From contig CAWGPD010000003.1 in the NCBI GenBank assembly GCA_963824385.1, positions 160,001 through 224,000 of the forward strand: 64,000 bases of DNA, given 5' to 3'. This stretch comes from an uncultured Nitrososphaerota archaeon. GTDB taxonomy: Archaea; Thermoproteota; Nitrososphaeria; Nitrososphaerales; Nitrosopumilaceae. The notes under the pieces were generated by a model. The model saw nothing but the letters and a program-made list of their open reading frames with translations. It ran no database searches and was not told the DNA's origin. The first letter of the stretch is position 1. Each line of letters begins with the position of its first letter. A program made the position numbers and the translations under genes. Below are positions 63,007 through 64,000 of the stretch, piece after piece.

Positions 63007-63118
63007 CGATATTCTGTTTCATTCATCCATAATCCAAATATAAACACTCTTAGAATTTAGACTCAAATTAGATGAGAACGTTTCATTATTGGACTTGACT
63101 AATTATATGACTTGGAAT

Positions 63119-63676
63119 TTAGGTAGTTTCCCATCTCTTGAATAGATTATGCTCAATTCCAAACTGATCGAGGCATTTTCCTACTATGTGATTTAAAATA
63201 TCGTCAATGTTCTTTGGCCTGTTGTAAAATCCCGGCATGGCAGGTAATACTATTACCCCTATTCGAGAAAGTTTGAGCATATTTTCAAGATGTATGCTGG
63301 TAAGTGGAGTCTCTCTTGGAACTAGAACTAATTTACGAGATTCTTTCATTGTAACTCCTGCAGCTCTTGCTACTAGAGTTTCTTCATAACCATTAGCAAT
63401 ACTAGAAAGTGTTTTCATTGTACAAGGAATCACTATCATTCCATCTGTCTTATGAGTTCCACTTGAAACACTTGCTGCCATATTTACATCATCAGAATAA
63501 TGCTCTGCTAATGATCTTACATATTTCAAATCATAATCAGTTTCTAGTATCAGACATTTTTTTGCCCATTCTGTCATTATCAGATGAACATCAACCTTGC
63601 ATTGCTTGAGAATCTCTAACATTCTTACACCATATAGAATTCCAGAACTTCCAGTTAATCCTATAATTAATCTCAT
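63119..63676 (-). CDS. ubiX: Flavin prenyltransferase
   Basis: GLTGSSG, SSG, PCTMKTL, RAA.V..KE.R, PRETP, PGFY. Confidence 0.95.
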   Translation of the reverse strand: MRLIIGLTGSSGILYGVRMLEILKQCKVDVHLIMTEWAKKCLILETDYDLKYVRSLAEHYSDDVNMAASVSSGTHKTDGMIVIPCTMKTLSSIANGYEETLVARAAGVTMKESRKLVLVPRETPLTSIHLENMLKLSRIGVIVLPAMPGFYNRPKNIDDILNHIVGKCLDQFGIEHNLFKRWETT

Positions 63677-63756
63677 GAAAGAATTATCTTTATTCCATAT
63701 TTAATTTCAACTGTGATTTAACATGTTTATTTATGGCGTTATGAGTCTCGATATCT

Positions 63757-64000
63757 ATGAGTGTTAATATTGATACAGTTGAAGAAAATATTGTTTCAGA
63801 ACTTAGACTATCTCATATTCAATCTAAGGTCTATGTTTTAGTAGTAAAAAAAGGAAAAATGTCTGCTCAGGATATAGCACAACATCTGAATATCTCAGAG
63901 GGTGAGGCAAATCAAGCTGCAACAAGTCTTATTCAAAATGGAGGATTTATTGATATCACAAAGACGGAGTTTGAATCAATGCATCCAAGATTTGCAGTTG
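63757..64000 (+). CDS. TrmB-like HTH regulator, runs off the window end (not in ORF track)
   Basis: LS..QSKVY..L...G.MSA..IA..L.IS...L...G. Confidence 0.75.
   Translation, partial: MSVNIDTVEENIVSELRLSHIQSKVYVLVVKKGKMSAQDIAQHLNISEGEANQAATSLIQNGGFIDITKTEFESMHPRFAV

Noticed and set aside
739..63609. Many antisense or nested ORF-track entries (e.g. 739..951, 23747..24172, 25543..25959, 39618..40055, 55152..55559, 58127..58459, 63409..63609)
   Set aside because: Shadows of well-supported genes with no motifs of their own

Overview
Low-GC archaeal chromosome segment from an ammonia-oxidising archaeon lineage (Nitrososphaerota/Thaumarchaeota, Nitrosopumilales; Nitrosotalea-like by gene content, which is an inference). 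About 1-21 kb is an accessory signalling and cell-surface region: two histidine kinases, two stand-alone response regulators, MEDS, Lrp/AsnC and wHTH regulators, secreted repeat proteins and many unannotated small proteins. About 21-64 kb is mostly housekeeping: pdxST, aconitase, valS, queD, purB, rtcB, rps11, thiL, a histone, the t6A genes, purA, pyrF, uppS and the aIF2b-aIF1A-RIO1-KH-top6BA block. It also holds three tRNAs (Trp with two introns, Thr, Cys) and an AIPR gene. No CRISPR array, rRNA or transposase was seen. Best leads: (1) a 35-bp promoter element at near-fixed spacing in front of three secreted-protein genes; (2) two copies of a multi-TM protein plus overlapping wHTH operon, each with a perfect promoter palindrome; (3) a two-hairpin H/ACA-like guide RNA at 19.8 kb and an unknown 65-nt hairpin RNA at 43.4 kb; (4) 12 apparent frameshifts, 10 at AGCT and 2 at GATC, which look like read errors caused by DNA modification rather than real pseudogenes.
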